The position numbers and the translations under genes are program-made. Below the pieces are notes generated by a model. It saw only the letters and a list, made by a program, of their open reading frames with translations, did not search any database and had not been told where the DNA came from. Shown piece after piece: positions 10,677-22,990 of a DNA stretch of 64,000 nucleotides. Positions within the stretch are counted from its first letter, which is position 1. Every line of letters begins with the position of its first letter. Origin of the DNA: an uncultured Gemmatimonadaceae bacterium (GTDB taxonomy: Bacteria; Gemmatimonadota; Gemmatimonadetes; Gemmatimonadales; Gemmatimonadaceae); the NCBI GenBank assembly GCA_963751275.1, contig CAVVTZ010000007.1, positions 768,001 through 832,000 of the forward strand. The letters run 5' to 3'.

Positions 10677-11299
10677 GGGTGCGCGCCCCTCAGGCGGTCG
10701 TGGATGCGCGCGACGAGCATTTCGATGCCCATGTCGTTGTGGCCGCCGCGCGGGATGATCACATCGGCGAACTGTTTCGTGGGTTCGACGAATTCCAGGT
10801 GCATCGGCCGCACGGTGGTGAGATACTGATCGAGGATCTCATCCAGCGGCCGCCCGCGCGTGCGCATGTCGCGTCGGATGCGGCGCACGAGACGGATGTC
10901 CGCATCCGTGTCGACGTAGGCCGTCACGTCGCACCGCGCGCGCACGCGCGGGTCGACGAAGAGGAGGATGCCGTCGATGACCACGACGTCCGCGGGCTCC
11001 ACGCGCACATGCCGGTCGCTGCGCAAGTGCGCCACGAAGTCATACACCGGCTTGTCGATCGCCTGTCGCGCGGCGAGCGCCTCGAGGTGCGAGAGCAGGA
11101 GATCGAAGTCGAACGCATCGGGATGGTCCCAATTGACGTGGCGCCGCTGCTCGAGCGTGAGGTCCGTGAGGTTCCGATAGTACGCATCCATGTCCACCGC
11201 GATCGCCGACGCGCCCCGCACCCCCTCGGCCACGCGGCGCGCGACCGTGCTCTTGCCGGATCCGGTGCCGCCGGCGATCCCAACGAGCAGTGGCTTCAT
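10673..11299 (-). CDS. udk: Uridine kinase
   Basis: GIAGGTGSGKST, DAYY, NWDHPDAFD, RRIRRD, FVEPTK. Confidence 0.93.
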   Translation of the reverse strand: MKPLLVGIAGGTGSGKSTVARRVAEGVRGASAIAVDMDAYYRNLTDLTLEQRRHVNWDHPDAFDFDLLLSHLEALAARQAIDKPVYDFVAHLRSDRHVRVEPADVVVIDGILLFVDPRVRARCDVTAYVDTDADIRLVRRIRRDMRTRGRPLDEILDQYLTTVRPMHLEFVEPTKQFADVIIPRGGHNDMGIEMLVARIHDRLRGAHP

Positions 11300-11492
11300 G
11301 GATCCGTGACGGAGGGGAATCTTGGCGCGCGCACGGCGCGGCGGAGGCGGCGTCCGGTCACGATCACGTACCAGACAGTACGCGGCCGCACCGGATGCGA
11401 AATTCGCCCCTGCCGCGCGCCGGGTCAACCGTAAGCGGGCCGGTTTCTTGCGCGCCCTCCCTGAGCGCGCGGGCGGCCGCTACCTTTTGCGC

Positions 11493-11732
11493 ATGCGAAT
11501 GGTGCCGGTGTACGTGAATGGCGGGCGCGTGGAGGTCCCGGACGCAGCGCCGGTGCTCGACGCCGTCCGCTCCTGGGACGCCGAGGCCGCGCGCGACGTG
11601 GAGCGTGGCGCTCGCGCCCTCACCGACAGCCGCGGCCTGCCGCTGGATCCGGCGACGCTCGCCGTGGCCGGCACCATCGTGCGGGTGGTGGCCGCGCGCG
11701 AGCGGGATGCGAACGACGAGGAAGAGGCGTAG
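11493..11732 (+). CDS. Small hypothetical protein, possibly beta-grasp fold
   Basis: VYVNGGRVEVP...VLDAV...GTIVRVV; ends 3 nt before add. Confidence 0.6.
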   Translation: MRMVPVYVNGGRVEVPDAAPVLDAVRSWDAEAARDVERGARALTDSRGLPLDPATLAVAGTIVRVVAARERDANDEEEA

Positions 11733-11735
11733 CGC

Positions 11736-12773
11736 GTGACGAGCCCCATCCCGCGCGAGTGGCTGCTCGCGCTCCCGAAGGCCGAGCTCCATTGCCACCT
11801 CGATGGTTCGCTGCGGCCGGCCACGCTGCTCGAACTCGGGCGCGAATACGGCCAGCCGATGCCTGGCGACACTGCCCGGGACGTGGCGGCGCACATGGTG
11901 GTGAGCGATGCGCGCGATCTCGAGGACTATCTGAATCGCTTCGTGATCACCCTCAGCGTAATGCAGCGCGCGGAAGCGCTCGAGCGCATCGCGTACGAGC
12001 TCGTGGTGGATGCGGCGCGCGACGGCGTGCGCTACATCGAGATGCGCTACGCGCCGGTGCTCTGCGTGCGCGAAGGACTCACGCTCGGCCAGGCGGTGGA
12101 GGCGCCGCTGCGCGGCATCGCGCGCGCCGAGCGGGAGACCGGGACGATCGGGCGCGTCATCATCTGCGGACTCCGCCATCTCGATCCGCGGATCTCGCTC
12201 GAACTCGCCGAGCTCGCGGTGGCCTTCCGCGACCAGGGCGTCGTGGGCTTCGATCTGGCCGGCGGCGAGCGGGATCATCCGGCGCGCGCGCACGCGGCGG
12301 CCTTCGAGTTCGCGCGGCGCCACGATCTGGCGGTCACGGTGCACGCCGGCGAGGGCGACGGGGCCGATTCGGTGCGGCAGGCGGTGCACGATTGCGGCGC
12401 GAACCGCCTCGGCCACGCCACGCGGCTCGGCGAGGATGAGCGCCTCACGCATTATGTGAACGACCGGCGCATCGCGCTCGAGATCTGCCTCACCAGCAAC
12501 GTGCAGACGCACGCCGCCGCGAATTACGCGGTGCATCCGCTGCGCACCTATTTCGACCGTGGCATGAACGTGGTGCTCAACACCGACAACCGGTTGATGA
12601 GCGGCGTGACGCTCACCGATGAGTACGCGCACGCGGCGGCGTCGCTCGCGTTCACCAAGAGCGAGCTCGCGACGATCGCGATCAACGGATTCGAGAGCGC
12701 CTTCCTGCCGTGGGAAGTGCGCGAGGCGCTGGTGGCGCGCGCGCGGCGGGACATCCTGGCGCTCGGGACGTGA
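11736..12773 (+). CDS. add: Adenosine deaminase
   Basis: PKAELHCHLDGS, GFDLAGGE, HAGE, RLGH, CLTSN, NTD. Confidence 0.93.
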   Translation: MTSPIPREWLLALPKAELHCHLDGSLRPATLLELGREYGQPMPGDTARDVAAHMVVSDARDLEDYLNRFVITLSVMQRAEALERIAYELVVDAARDGVRYIEMRYAPVLCVREGLTLGQAVEAPLRGIARAERETGTIGRVIICGLRHLDPRISLELAELAVAFRDQGVVGFDLAGGERDHPARAHAAAFEFARRHDLAVTVHAGEGDGADSVRQAVHDCGANRLGHATRLGEDERLTHYVNDRRIALEICLTSNVQTHAAANYAVHPLRTYFDRGMNVVLNTDNRLMSGVTLTDEYAHAAASLAFTKSELATIAINGFESAFLPWEVREALVARARRDILALGT

Positions 12774-13603
12774 GCGGCTCGCCGGCCGGCGACGTCGGGA
12801 CCGCGGCGCGCGCGATCGCGGCGCGCAGCGCGGGAGCCGCGCCGCGGATCGCGCTCATCCTGGGGTCCGGACTCGGCGGGCTCGCCGCGGAACTCGACGG
12901 GCGCGTGGAGATCCCCTTTCGCGACATCCCCGGTTTCCCCGCCGCGTCGGTGAGCGGACACGCGGGCGTCGTCGCGGCCGGCACGCTCGAAGGCGTGCCG
13001 GTGCTGGCGTTCGCGGGCCGCTTCCACATGTACGAGGGGCATTCCGCGGATACCGCCGCGCTGCCGGTGCGCGTGGCGCATGCACTGGGCGCGCGCAGCC
13101 TCTTCGTGTCGAACGCCGCCGGCGGGATCAACGCCGCGTACGGGCCCGGCGACCTCATGCTCATCCGGGATCACATCAACATGATGTTCCGCAATCCGCT
13201 CATCGGCGCCGTGCGCGGCGGCGAGACGCGCTTTCCCGACATGTCGGATCCGTACGACCCCGCGCTGCTGGAGCATTTGCGCGGCGCCGCGCAGGCGCTC
13301 GGCATCGCCGTGCGCGAAGGCGTGTACGCCGGATTGCTCGGCCCGAGCTACGAGACGCTCGCTGAAGTGCGGATGCTCCGCGTGCTCGGCGCCGACGCGG
13401 TCGGGATGTCCACCGTGCCGGAGGTGATCGCCGCGCGCGCGCTCGGGATGCGCGTGGCGGGCGTGAGCTGCATCACGAACGCCGCGGCGGGACTCGGCGA
13501 TGCGCCGCTGGATCACGCGGAAGTGCTCGAGGTCACGGCGCGGGGCGCGGAGCGGTTCAAGTCGCTGGTGCGCGAGTTCGTGCGCCGCGCCGGCGGGGCC
13601 TAG
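12770..13603 (+). CDS. punA: Purine-nucleoside phosphorylase, trimeric type
   Basis: ILGSGLG, GRFHMYEG, NAAGG, GPSYET, VGMSTVPE; GTG overlaps the add stop. Confidence 0.92.
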   Translation: MSGSPAGDVGTAARAIAARSAGAAPRIALILGSGLGGLAAELDGRVEIPFRDIPGFPAASVSGHAGVVAAGTLEGVPVLAFAGRFHMYEGHSADTAALPVRVAHALGARSLFVSNAAGGINAAYGPGDLMLIRDHINMMFRNPLIGAVRGGETRFPDMSDPYDPALLEHLRGAAQALGIAVREGVYAGLLGPSYETLAEVRMLRVLGADAVGMSTVPEVIAARALGMRVAGVSCITNAAAGLGDAPLDHAEVLEVTARGAERFKSLVREFVRRAGGA

Positions 13604-14382
13604 TAGTCCGCGAAGAAATCGAGCGGGCCGTGCCCGGCGCCGAGTCCGGGCGCACCGGCGATCGCGGCATCGACGAATGCGATCGCGGTCTCCACCGCCT
13701 CACGGAGTGGGCGGCCGAGCGCGAGCTGCGCGGTGATCGCCGCCGAGAGCGTGCAGCCGGTGCCGTGCGTGCTGGTGGAGTCGATGCGGCGGCGCGTGAA
13801 CACGAAAACGTCGGCGCCATCGAAGAGCACGTCCGTGATGGCGGGCCCGCCGAGGTGTCCGCCTTTCACGAGCGCGGCTTTGGCGCCGCGCGCTACGAGT
13901 TCCCGCGCGCAGGCGGACATCGCGTCCACATCGCGCACGGCGAGTGCCGTGAGCCGCTCGGCCTCGTCGAGGTTCGGCGTCACGAGCGTCGCGAGCGGCA
14001 GGAGCAGTTCGAGGATCGCCGGAACGACCTTGTCATGCGCGAGCGAGTCGCCCGACGTCGCGATGAGCACGGGGTCGAGCACGTACGGCGCGAGCGCGTG
14101 GCGGCGGAGGCCCGCGGCGACGGTCTCGATGATCGCGCGGTCCGCGAGCATGCCGCTCTTCACCGCGGCGGGGCGGAGGTCCGAGGCCACGGCGTCGAGC
14201 TGCGCCGCCACGAGATCGGGTGTCATCGCGCTCCACGCGGAGACACCGCGCGTGTTCTGCGCCGTCACCGCGGTCACGACCGAGGTGCCGAAGACGCCGA
14301 ACCGGTGGAAGGTTTTCAGGTCGGCCTGGATGCCGGCGCCGCCTCCGGAATCCGAGCCGGCAATGGTGAGCGCGATGCGCAT
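13600..14382 (-). CDS. thiD: Hydroxymethylpyrimidine/phosphomethylpyrimidine kinase
   Basis: IAGSDSGGGAGIQADLKT, TPNLDEA, KGGH, HGTGCTLS. Confidence 0.95.
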   Translation of the reverse strand: MRIALTIAGSDSGGGAGIQADLKTFHRFGVFGTSVVTAVTAQNTRGVSAWSAMTPDLVAAQLDAVASDLRPAAVKSGMLADRAIIETVAAGLRRHALAPYVLDPVLIATSGDSLAHDKVVPAILELLLPLATLVTPNLDEAERLTALAVRDVDAMSACARELVARGAKAALVKGGHLGGPAITDVLFDGADVFVFTRRRIDSTSTHGTGCTLSAAITAQLALGRPLREAVETAIAFVDAAIAGAPGLGAGHGPLDFFADY

Positions 14383-14488
14383 GCCGAATGATGCGGCGCC
14401 GCGCGCGGGCCTTCAACGGCGTGACGGGCGCCGCCGCCGCCGCGTCAAACAGGGCAGGCTCACGCCCTCACCGGATGGGATCCGCCAC

Positions 14489-15364
14489 ATGGAACCGCTC
14501 GCCACCAACGTCCTGTACATCGGCGTCGACACGTCCACCGCGGTGCTTCGCGCCGCGCTGGAGCTCGTGTCGCGCAGCGGCGACGCGCGATTCGCGCTGA
14601 CGCACGCGGCGGTGGACAGCGCCGATGGCCTCGAGCGGCTCGCGGCGGGCGGCGTGGATGTGGTGATCGTCGATGCGGCGGCGTCGCCCGAAGGCGCGAT
14701 GGACGCGCTCGTGCGTTCGCGCATCGAGGCGCCCGATGTGCCGGTGGTCGTCCTCGGCGCCGGCGACGAGAACGGCGCCGGCGCGGCCGCGCTGCAGGCC
14801 GGCGCGCAGGATTGGGTGGCGCGCGATCCGCTCGACGGGCCGCTGCTCGCGCGCGTGCTGCGCTACGCGATCGAGCGCGAGCGGCTGCAGTCCACGCTCC
14901 GCCAGCTCGCGCTGACCGATCCGCTCACCGGCCTCTACAACCGACGCGGCTTCCTCACGCTCGCGGACCATCATCTCCGTCTCGCGCCGCGCACGCGCGG
15001 CGTGCTGCTCGCGTCGGCCGACGTGCCGGCGCTCAAGCAGATCAACGAGCAGCACGGGCGCGATGAGGGCGACCGGTCGCTGCTCGGCGCCGCCGAGGTG
15101 CTGCGCGACACCTTCCGCGCCTCGGATGTGGTGGCGCGGCTTGGCGCCGACGATTTCGCGGTGCTCGTCCTGGATGCCGCGGAGGAGACCGAGGATGTGA
15201 TCGGCCCGCGCCTGCGCGCGCACATGAAGCGCCATCGCGAGCAGCATCCGGATGCGCGCGTGCCGCTCTCGCTGTCGCTGGGGATCGTGCGCTACGACAG
15301 CGCGGCGCCGCCGATCGCCGCGGACCTGCTCGCGCGCGCCGCGTCCGCGCGCGCGCCGGCCTGA
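14489..15364 (+). CDS. REC plus degenerate GGDEF protein
   Basis: Receiver-like N-terminus; TDPLTGLYNRRG; active-site motif reads GADDF; RxxD retained. Confidence 0.85.
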   Translation: MEPLATNVLYIGVDTSTAVLRAALELVSRSGDARFALTHAAVDSADGLERLAAGGVDVVIVDAAASPEGAMDALVRSRIEAPDVPVVVLGAGDENGAGAAALQAGAQDWVARDPLDGPLLARVLRYAIERERLQSTLRQLALTDPLTGLYNRRGFLTLADHHLRLAPRTRGVLLASADVPALKQINEQHGRDEGDRSLLGAAEVLRDTFRASDVVARLGADDFAVLVLDAAEETEDVIGPRLRAHMKRHREQHPDARVPLSLSLGIVRYDSAAPPIAADLLARAASARAPA

Positions 15365-15376
15365 ACGCGCCCCCGC

Positions 15377-16223
15377 TCAGTTCGCGGGCTGCGGCGGGTA
15401 GGGCGGGAGCGCGTCGAAGCGCTTCTTGAATTTCCGGAAGTTCGGCGTGTCGCGCGTGAGCGACTCGAGCTGCTTGCGATCCATCTTGTCGATGGCATCG
15501 AGCGTGAACCCGATGCGGTCCTCCTCGATCGGGTGGTTGATGAACCAGCGCCTCGAGCTTCTCCGGGCTCCGTTTCCGCTCCTCCAGCAGCTTCTCGAAC
15601 ATCGACGTCATCCCGCGCGGATCGATCCCCGCCCGCACCACGTAGATCATCCCGACGGAGTCGGCCTCGTGCTCCGCATCGCGGCTGAACTTGGCGAACA
15701 TCGCGCCCTCGCCGGCGTTGATCCCGACGCCCGCGGCCTGCGAGCACGCGCGCGTGAGGACGCACGCGAGCCCCGTGCCGATCTCCGCGATCTCCCCCTT
15801 CTGCTGCAGCTTCACCGAGTGCCGCTGCGTGACGTGGCCGATCTCGTGACCGATCACGCCCGCGAGCTCATCCAGGCTGTCCGTGCGCTCGATGAGCCCG
15901 CGGTTCACGAACACGTACCCGCCCGGCAGCGCGAAGGCGTTGATCTCGGGGCTGTCCACGACGTAGAAATGCCATTCGAGATCGCGCGTATCCGCCACGG
16001 AGGCGAGCGAATCGCCGAGCACCGTGATGTAGCGGTTGATGTCGGGGTCGGTGACCATCGGCAGGGAGTGCGTCACCTGTGCGGCCTCCTGCTGGCCCTG
16101 CTTCACTTCGCCCGCCGTGGAGGTGGCGCAGCCCGCGGCCGCGCCGGCGGCGATGATCGCCGCGGCCGGGAGTAGGCGGCGCGCACCGCGAGTGATACTG
16201 TTCAGCACCGTGACTCGACGCAT
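15377..16223 (-). CDS. M48-family metallopeptidase lipoprotein, +1 frameshift near 15550
   Basis: INAFALPGG, GHEIGH, EHEAD; C-terminus (WFINHP...PAN*) in another frame; exact start uncertain. Confidence 0.85.
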
Positions 16224-16226
16224 ATC

Positions 16227-16991
16227 GTGAAATTACTGACCCTGGCGCGCGATCTGCAACGGCGCCGCGCGCGCGAACGCGAGGAACTTTTCGTCTGCGA
16301 AGGGGTGCGCGCGGTGGAGGAATTGCTGCGCTCGCCGCTCGTGGTGACGGGCGCGCTGATCGCGCCCGCGCTCGCCGGCGCGCCACGCGGCGCCGCGCTC
16401 CGCGAGCAGCTCGAGGCGAAGGGCGTGCCCGTGCTGGCCGTGACCGACCGCGAATTCGCGAGCGCCGCGGGCACCGAGTCGCCGCAGGGCGTGCTCGCCG
16501 TCGCCGGCGTGCCGCGCCGCTCGCTGGCCGAGCTCGGCGCCGCGCTCCCGGCGCGCGCGCGGCTCCTCGTGCTCGATGCCATCCAGGATCCCGGCAATGT
16601 CGGCGCACTCCTGCGCACCGCGGCCGCGCTCGGCGCGACGGCCGTCTTCGCGATGCCGGGCACCGTTGACCTCTGGAACGGGAAGGTCGTCCGTAGCGCG
16701 ATGGGTGCGCTCTTCCACCGGCCGGCTCTCTCCTGCGATTGGGATGCGCTCGACGCGCTCCTGACGGCGCGCGCCATCCCGCTCTGGGGCGCCGATGCGG
16801 GCGGCGATCCGCTGGACGGCATGCGGGCGCCGGCGTCGCTCGCGCTCGCGATGGGCAACGAAGGCGCGGGGCTGAGCGACGCGGCGCGGTCGCGCGTCAT
16901 CCGGCGCGTCGCGGTCCCGATCGCGTCGGACATCGAATCACTCAACGTCGCGGTCGCGGCGGGGATCATCCTCTACCAACTCCGCGCGTGA
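16227..16991 (+). CDS. TrmH/SpoU-family RNA methyltransferase
   Basis: QDPGNVGALLRTA, GNEGAG, ESLNVAVAAGI. Confidence 0.92.
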   Translation: MKLLTLARDLQRRRAREREELFVCEGVRAVEELLRSPLVVTGALIAPALAGAPRGAALREQLEAKGVPVLAVTDREFASAAGTESPQGVLAVAGVPRRSLAELGAALPARARLLVLDAIQDPGNVGALLRTAAALGATAVFAMPGTVDLWNGKVVRSAMGALFHRPALSCDWDALDALLTARAIPLWGADAGGDPLDGMRAPASLALAMGNEGAGLSDAARSRVIRRVAVPIASDIESLNVAVAAGIILYQLRA

Positions 16992-17837
16992 ACGCTGACC
17001 TCGCCGCTCTTCCCCATTGGTTCGTGTACGCCGTGGCCGCCTTCTTCGGTGCGCTGCTTCGGCTCGTTCCTCAACGTGTGCGTGGCGCGCTGGCCGAAAG
17101 AGCTTTCGGTGTCCGGCCGCCGTCGCGCTGCCCGCGCTGCGGCGCCGGCATCGCGTGGTACGACAACATCCCGGTGCTCAGCTGGTTCGCGCTCCGCGGC
17201 GAAGTGCCGCGGCTGCGGGCTGCCGATCTCGCCGGTGTATCCGCTCGTCGAGCTCGTGGTGGCGATGATCTGGGTCGCGGCGGCGATGCACTTCGGGCCA
17301 TCGCTCACGGCGCTCCGCTTCGCGATGTTCTGCACCGTGCTGCTCGGCGTGATGCTCACCGACGCGACGCACTACGTGATCCCCGACGGCTTCACCGTGT
17401 TCGGCCTCGTGTGGGCGATCGCGATGTCGATGTTCGCCTATGTGCGCGACGATGTGTCGGTGTTCGCGGGTCCGGGCGATGCCGTGCTCGGCGCCTGCGT
17501 CGGCGCGGGCGCGATCACGATCATCGGGTGGTTCGGCGAGATGCTCCTGAAGAAGGAGGCGATGGGGTTCGGGGACGTCACGCTCATGGCGATGGTCGGC
17601 GCGCAGCTCGGGCCGGGTCGCTCGCTGCTCACCATCTTCCTCGGCGCCGCGGTCGGCGCCGTGATCTTCATCGTGGTCGTGCTCCCCATCGCCTGGCTGC
17701 GCAGCAAGCGCACCGGCACGGCGTACGATCCCCCGCTCGTTCCCTTCGGCATCTTCCTCGCCCCCGGCGCCGTGATCGCGCTGCTCTGGGGCACCGATCT
17801 CATTCGCTGGTACCGCTCAGGAGTGATGGGACTATGA
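16988..17837 (+). CDS. pilD: Prepilin peptidase (A24), three apparent indels between about 17055 and 17200
   Basis: GSFLNV, PPSRCPRCG, WYDNIPVLSW, KCRGC, AMGFGDV and PFGIFLA are spread over alternating frames. Confidence 0.88.
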
Positions 17838-19081
17838 GAAAGCCGAGCCGCTGGTTGGCGCCGCTCGTCGCGGCGGTCGCACTCGCCGCGTGCGCCCGCG
17901 CGCAGCGCGCGCAGGATCCGTACGGCGCGCAGGTCGCCGATGCCGTGCCGATGATCGAGAAGGCCACCGGCCTGCGATTCAAGACGCAGCCGCGCTACGA
18001 GATCCGCAGCAAGGCGGACGTGCACGCGTTCCTCGACAAGGCGTTCAACGAGGAGAAATCGGCGCGCGACATCGCGGCACAGCAGACCGTGCTGCGGCGC
18101 CTCGGCATCATCCCCGACACCCTCGACCTGCGAAAGCTGATGCTCGACCTGCTCACCGAGCAGGTGGTCGGCTTCTACGATCCGAAGACCAAGGTGCTGT
18201 ACATCGTGCAGGGCTCGCCCGCCGATCAGGTCGGCTTCGTCATCCAGCACGAGCTGGTGCACGCGCTGCAGGACCAGTACATGAACCTCGATTCCATCCA
18301 GAACGTGAAGGGCGAGGACGACCGCGTGCTCGCGGCGCAGGCGGTGTTCGAGGGGCAAGCGACGCTCGTGCCCTTGCAGGCGATGATGGGCCCGGGCGTG
18401 GACATGCCCGCCGGCTGGGACCGCATCCGCGACATGATCCGCGAGCAGCAATCGTCGATGCCCGTGTTCGCGCGGACCCCCGAGTTCCTGCAGGAGCAGC
18501 TGATCTTTCCGTACATCAACGGCATGGAGTTCATGCGGCGGTTCAATCGTGAACGGCCGGGCGAGATGCCATACGGGAAGGACCTCCCCGCTTCGAGCGC
18601 GCAGATCGTGCACCCCAGCGAGTACTTCGCCTCGCCGCGCGAGATGCCGATCACCATCACGTTCCCCGCGCCACGCAGCGGCACGCTGACGTACGACAAC
18701 GTGATGGGCGAATTCTCAACGAAAATGTTGATCTATCAGATGCTGCGGGATCAGAATCAGGCGACGCAGGCCGCCGCCGGCTGGACCGGCGACCGCTACG
18801 TGCTCGTGCACACGCCGCAGGGCGACGCCTTCGCCTGGCTCATGTTGTTCGAGACCCCCGTGGACGCCGTGGAATTCGCCACCGCGATGCAACACCTCGC
18901 CGCCACGCGCTACAACGCGACCGGCACGAAGATCCCGACCGGCATGACCTTCTCGACCTCGGGCCGCTCGGTGATGGTCTGGGGCGGAGCGGTGGCGGGG
19001 CACCCCGCGGTGCTGTATGTCGATGTGCCGGCCGGCGTGGCGACGAATCTCTTCGATCTGGGGAAAGTCCGAGTCAATTAA
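17834..19081 (+). CDS. Lipoprotein with zincin HExxH motif
   Basis: Lipobox LAAC; GFYDP; HELVHALQDQ...EGQA. Confidence 0.75.
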   Translation: MRKPSRWLAPLVAAVALAACARAQRAQDPYGAQVADAVPMIEKATGLRFKTQPRYEIRSKADVHAFLDKAFNEEKSARDIAAQQTVLRRLGIIPDTLDLRKLMLDLLTEQVVGFYDPKTKVLYIVQGSPADQVGFVIQHELVHALQDQYMNLDSIQNVKGEDDRVLAAQAVFEGQATLVPLQAMMGPGVDMPAGWDRIRDMIREQQSSMPVFARTPEFLQEQLIFPYINGMEFMRRFNRERPGEMPYGKDLPASSAQIVHPSEYFASPREMPITITFPAPRSGTLTYDNVMGEFSTKMLIYQMLRDQNQATQAAAGWTGDRYVLVHTPQGDAFAWLMLFETPVDAVEFATAMQHLAATRYNATGTKIPTGMTFSTSGRSVMVWGGAVAGHPAVLYVDVPAGVATNLFDLGKVRVN

Positions 19082-19164
19082 TGCAGACTTGGACTTTAGA
19101 CTTAGACGTCAGAATGCGACTCTGGACTGCAGTCTAACGTCCAAGTCTATAATCTAAGTCTGCA
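19082..19164. repeat. Imperfect 32-bp inverted repeat built from TAGAC/TGGAC units; probable bidirectional terminator
   Basis: tgcagacttggactttagacttagacgtcaga against the reverse complement of 19133-19164; between convergent genes. Confidence 0.8.
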
Positions 19165-19172
19165 GTTCCGAC

Positions 19173-20435
19173 TCAGAGCAGCTTCGCGACGTAGTAGATC
19201 AAGAGCCCCGCAAGGCCTCCGACCAGGGTGCCGTTGATCCGGATGAACTGCAGATCCTTCCCGATCGCGAGTTCGATCCGCTGCGAGGTGGCGTCGGGGT
19301 CCCAGCCGGCCACGGTCTGCGCGATGAGGGCCGATACCTCGCCCTGATAGCGCTCCACCACCGCGAGCGCGATGTCGGCGATGGAGCCGTTCAACTTCGC
19401 CACCAATTGCGGATCGCTCTTCGCGGTCTCGCCGAACGCGACGAGACCGCGCTCGATCGCACCCGGACTGAACGAATCGGGGCGGTCGGCATAGCGGAAC
19501 AGCGCGTTCTTCGCCTCCTCCCAGATCGCGGCCGAGAACTTCCGCACCGCCGCGTCATCGAGCAGCTCCAGCTTGAGCGCCTCGGCGCGCGCCTGCAGCT
19601 CCGGTGAACCGTTGAGCTTCGCGATGAAATCCTCGAGCGCCGCGTCGAAGCGCTGGCGCAGCGGGTGCCCCGGGTCGGCGCGCACCTCCTGCAGCGTGCG
19701 GTCCACGCCGGTCACGATCTTCTTGTGGATCTTGTCGTCCACCGCTTCGGGGATCCACCACGGGCTTTCCTTCTCGATGCGGTCGCGGATCGCGTCGGCG
19801 TTCTCGTGCACGGCGCGCGCGAGCAGCGCGATCGCCTGGTCGAGGATCTCCTGGTGCCGGCCGCCCTCGGTGACCACGCTCAACAGCTTGCCCGCGAGCG
19901 GCGCCACCTGCGTGCGCCGGATCCGCTCCTTGAGCACGCCGTCGATCAGTTCCTGCACATCCTCGTCGCGCAGCACGCGCACGCCGCCCGCCACCGCCGT
20001 CGCCGCATGCCGCGCCACGGCGCGCGCATTCGCCGGCTCGCTCAGCCACGCCGCCAGATGCTCGCCCACCTGCGCGTGCGCCAGCTTCTCGGCCAGCACC
20101 TCGCGGCTCAGGAAATGGCGCTGCACGAAGTTGCCGAGCGAGCGGCCGATCTGGTCCTTCCGCGCGGCGATGATCGCCGTGTGCGGGATCGGCAGACCGA
20201 GCGGATGCTTGAAGAGCGCCGTCACGGCGAACCAATCGGCGAGCCCGCCCACCATCGCCGCGCCGGCCGCGGCCTTTACCGGGTCGAGCCATTGGTGCGC
20301 GTGCACGAGCAACGCGGCCGCGAAGAAGATCGCGGTCGAGAGCACGAGCAATCCAGTGGCGCGACGTTTCATGCGCGCGAGCTGCACGCGCTTCGTCGCT
20401 TCGTCCGGCGGCGGCAGGAGTTGCGCTGGTGTCAC
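19173..20435 (-). CDS. DUF445-family membrane protein
   Basis: VGGLADWFAVTALF, IPHTAII, GKDLQFIRINGTLVGG. Confidence 0.92.
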   Translation of the reverse strand: MTPAQLLPPPDEATKRVQLARMKRRATGLLVLSTAIFFAAALLVHAHQWLDPVKAAAGAAMVGGLADWFAVTALFKHPLGLPIPHTAIIAARKDQIGRSLGNFVQRHFLSREVLAEKLAHAQVGEHLAAWLSEPANARAVARHAATAVAGGVRVLRDEDVQELIDGVLKERIRRTQVAPLAGKLLSVVTEGGRHQEILDQAIALLARAVHENADAIRDRIEKESPWWIPEAVDDKIHKKIVTGVDRTLQEVRADPGHPLRQRFDAALEDFIAKLNGSPELQARAEALKLELLDDAAVRKFSAAIWEEAKNALFRYADRPDSFSPGAIERGLVAFGETAKSDPQLVAKLNGSIADIALAVVERYQGEVSALIAQTVAGWDPDATSQRIELAIGKDLQFIRINGTLVGGLAGLLIYYVAKLL

Positions 20436-20472
20436 GGCGTTCCCCGCTGACTCGTGAGGAGCGGCGAAGCGC

Positions 20473-22933
<2,461 letters not shown>

Positions 22934-22990
22934 GAAGCTCCCGAGGGGGAGAGTTGCCCTAAATGATAATCGCGTCTACGTTTAAAGGCT

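Noticed and set aside
16739..19081. 780-aa ORF, and similar long ORFs 42360..44399, 44959..46836 and 1762..3306, as fusion proteins
   Set aside because: Their N-terminal parts are off-frame read-through of neighbouring genes in high-GC DNA
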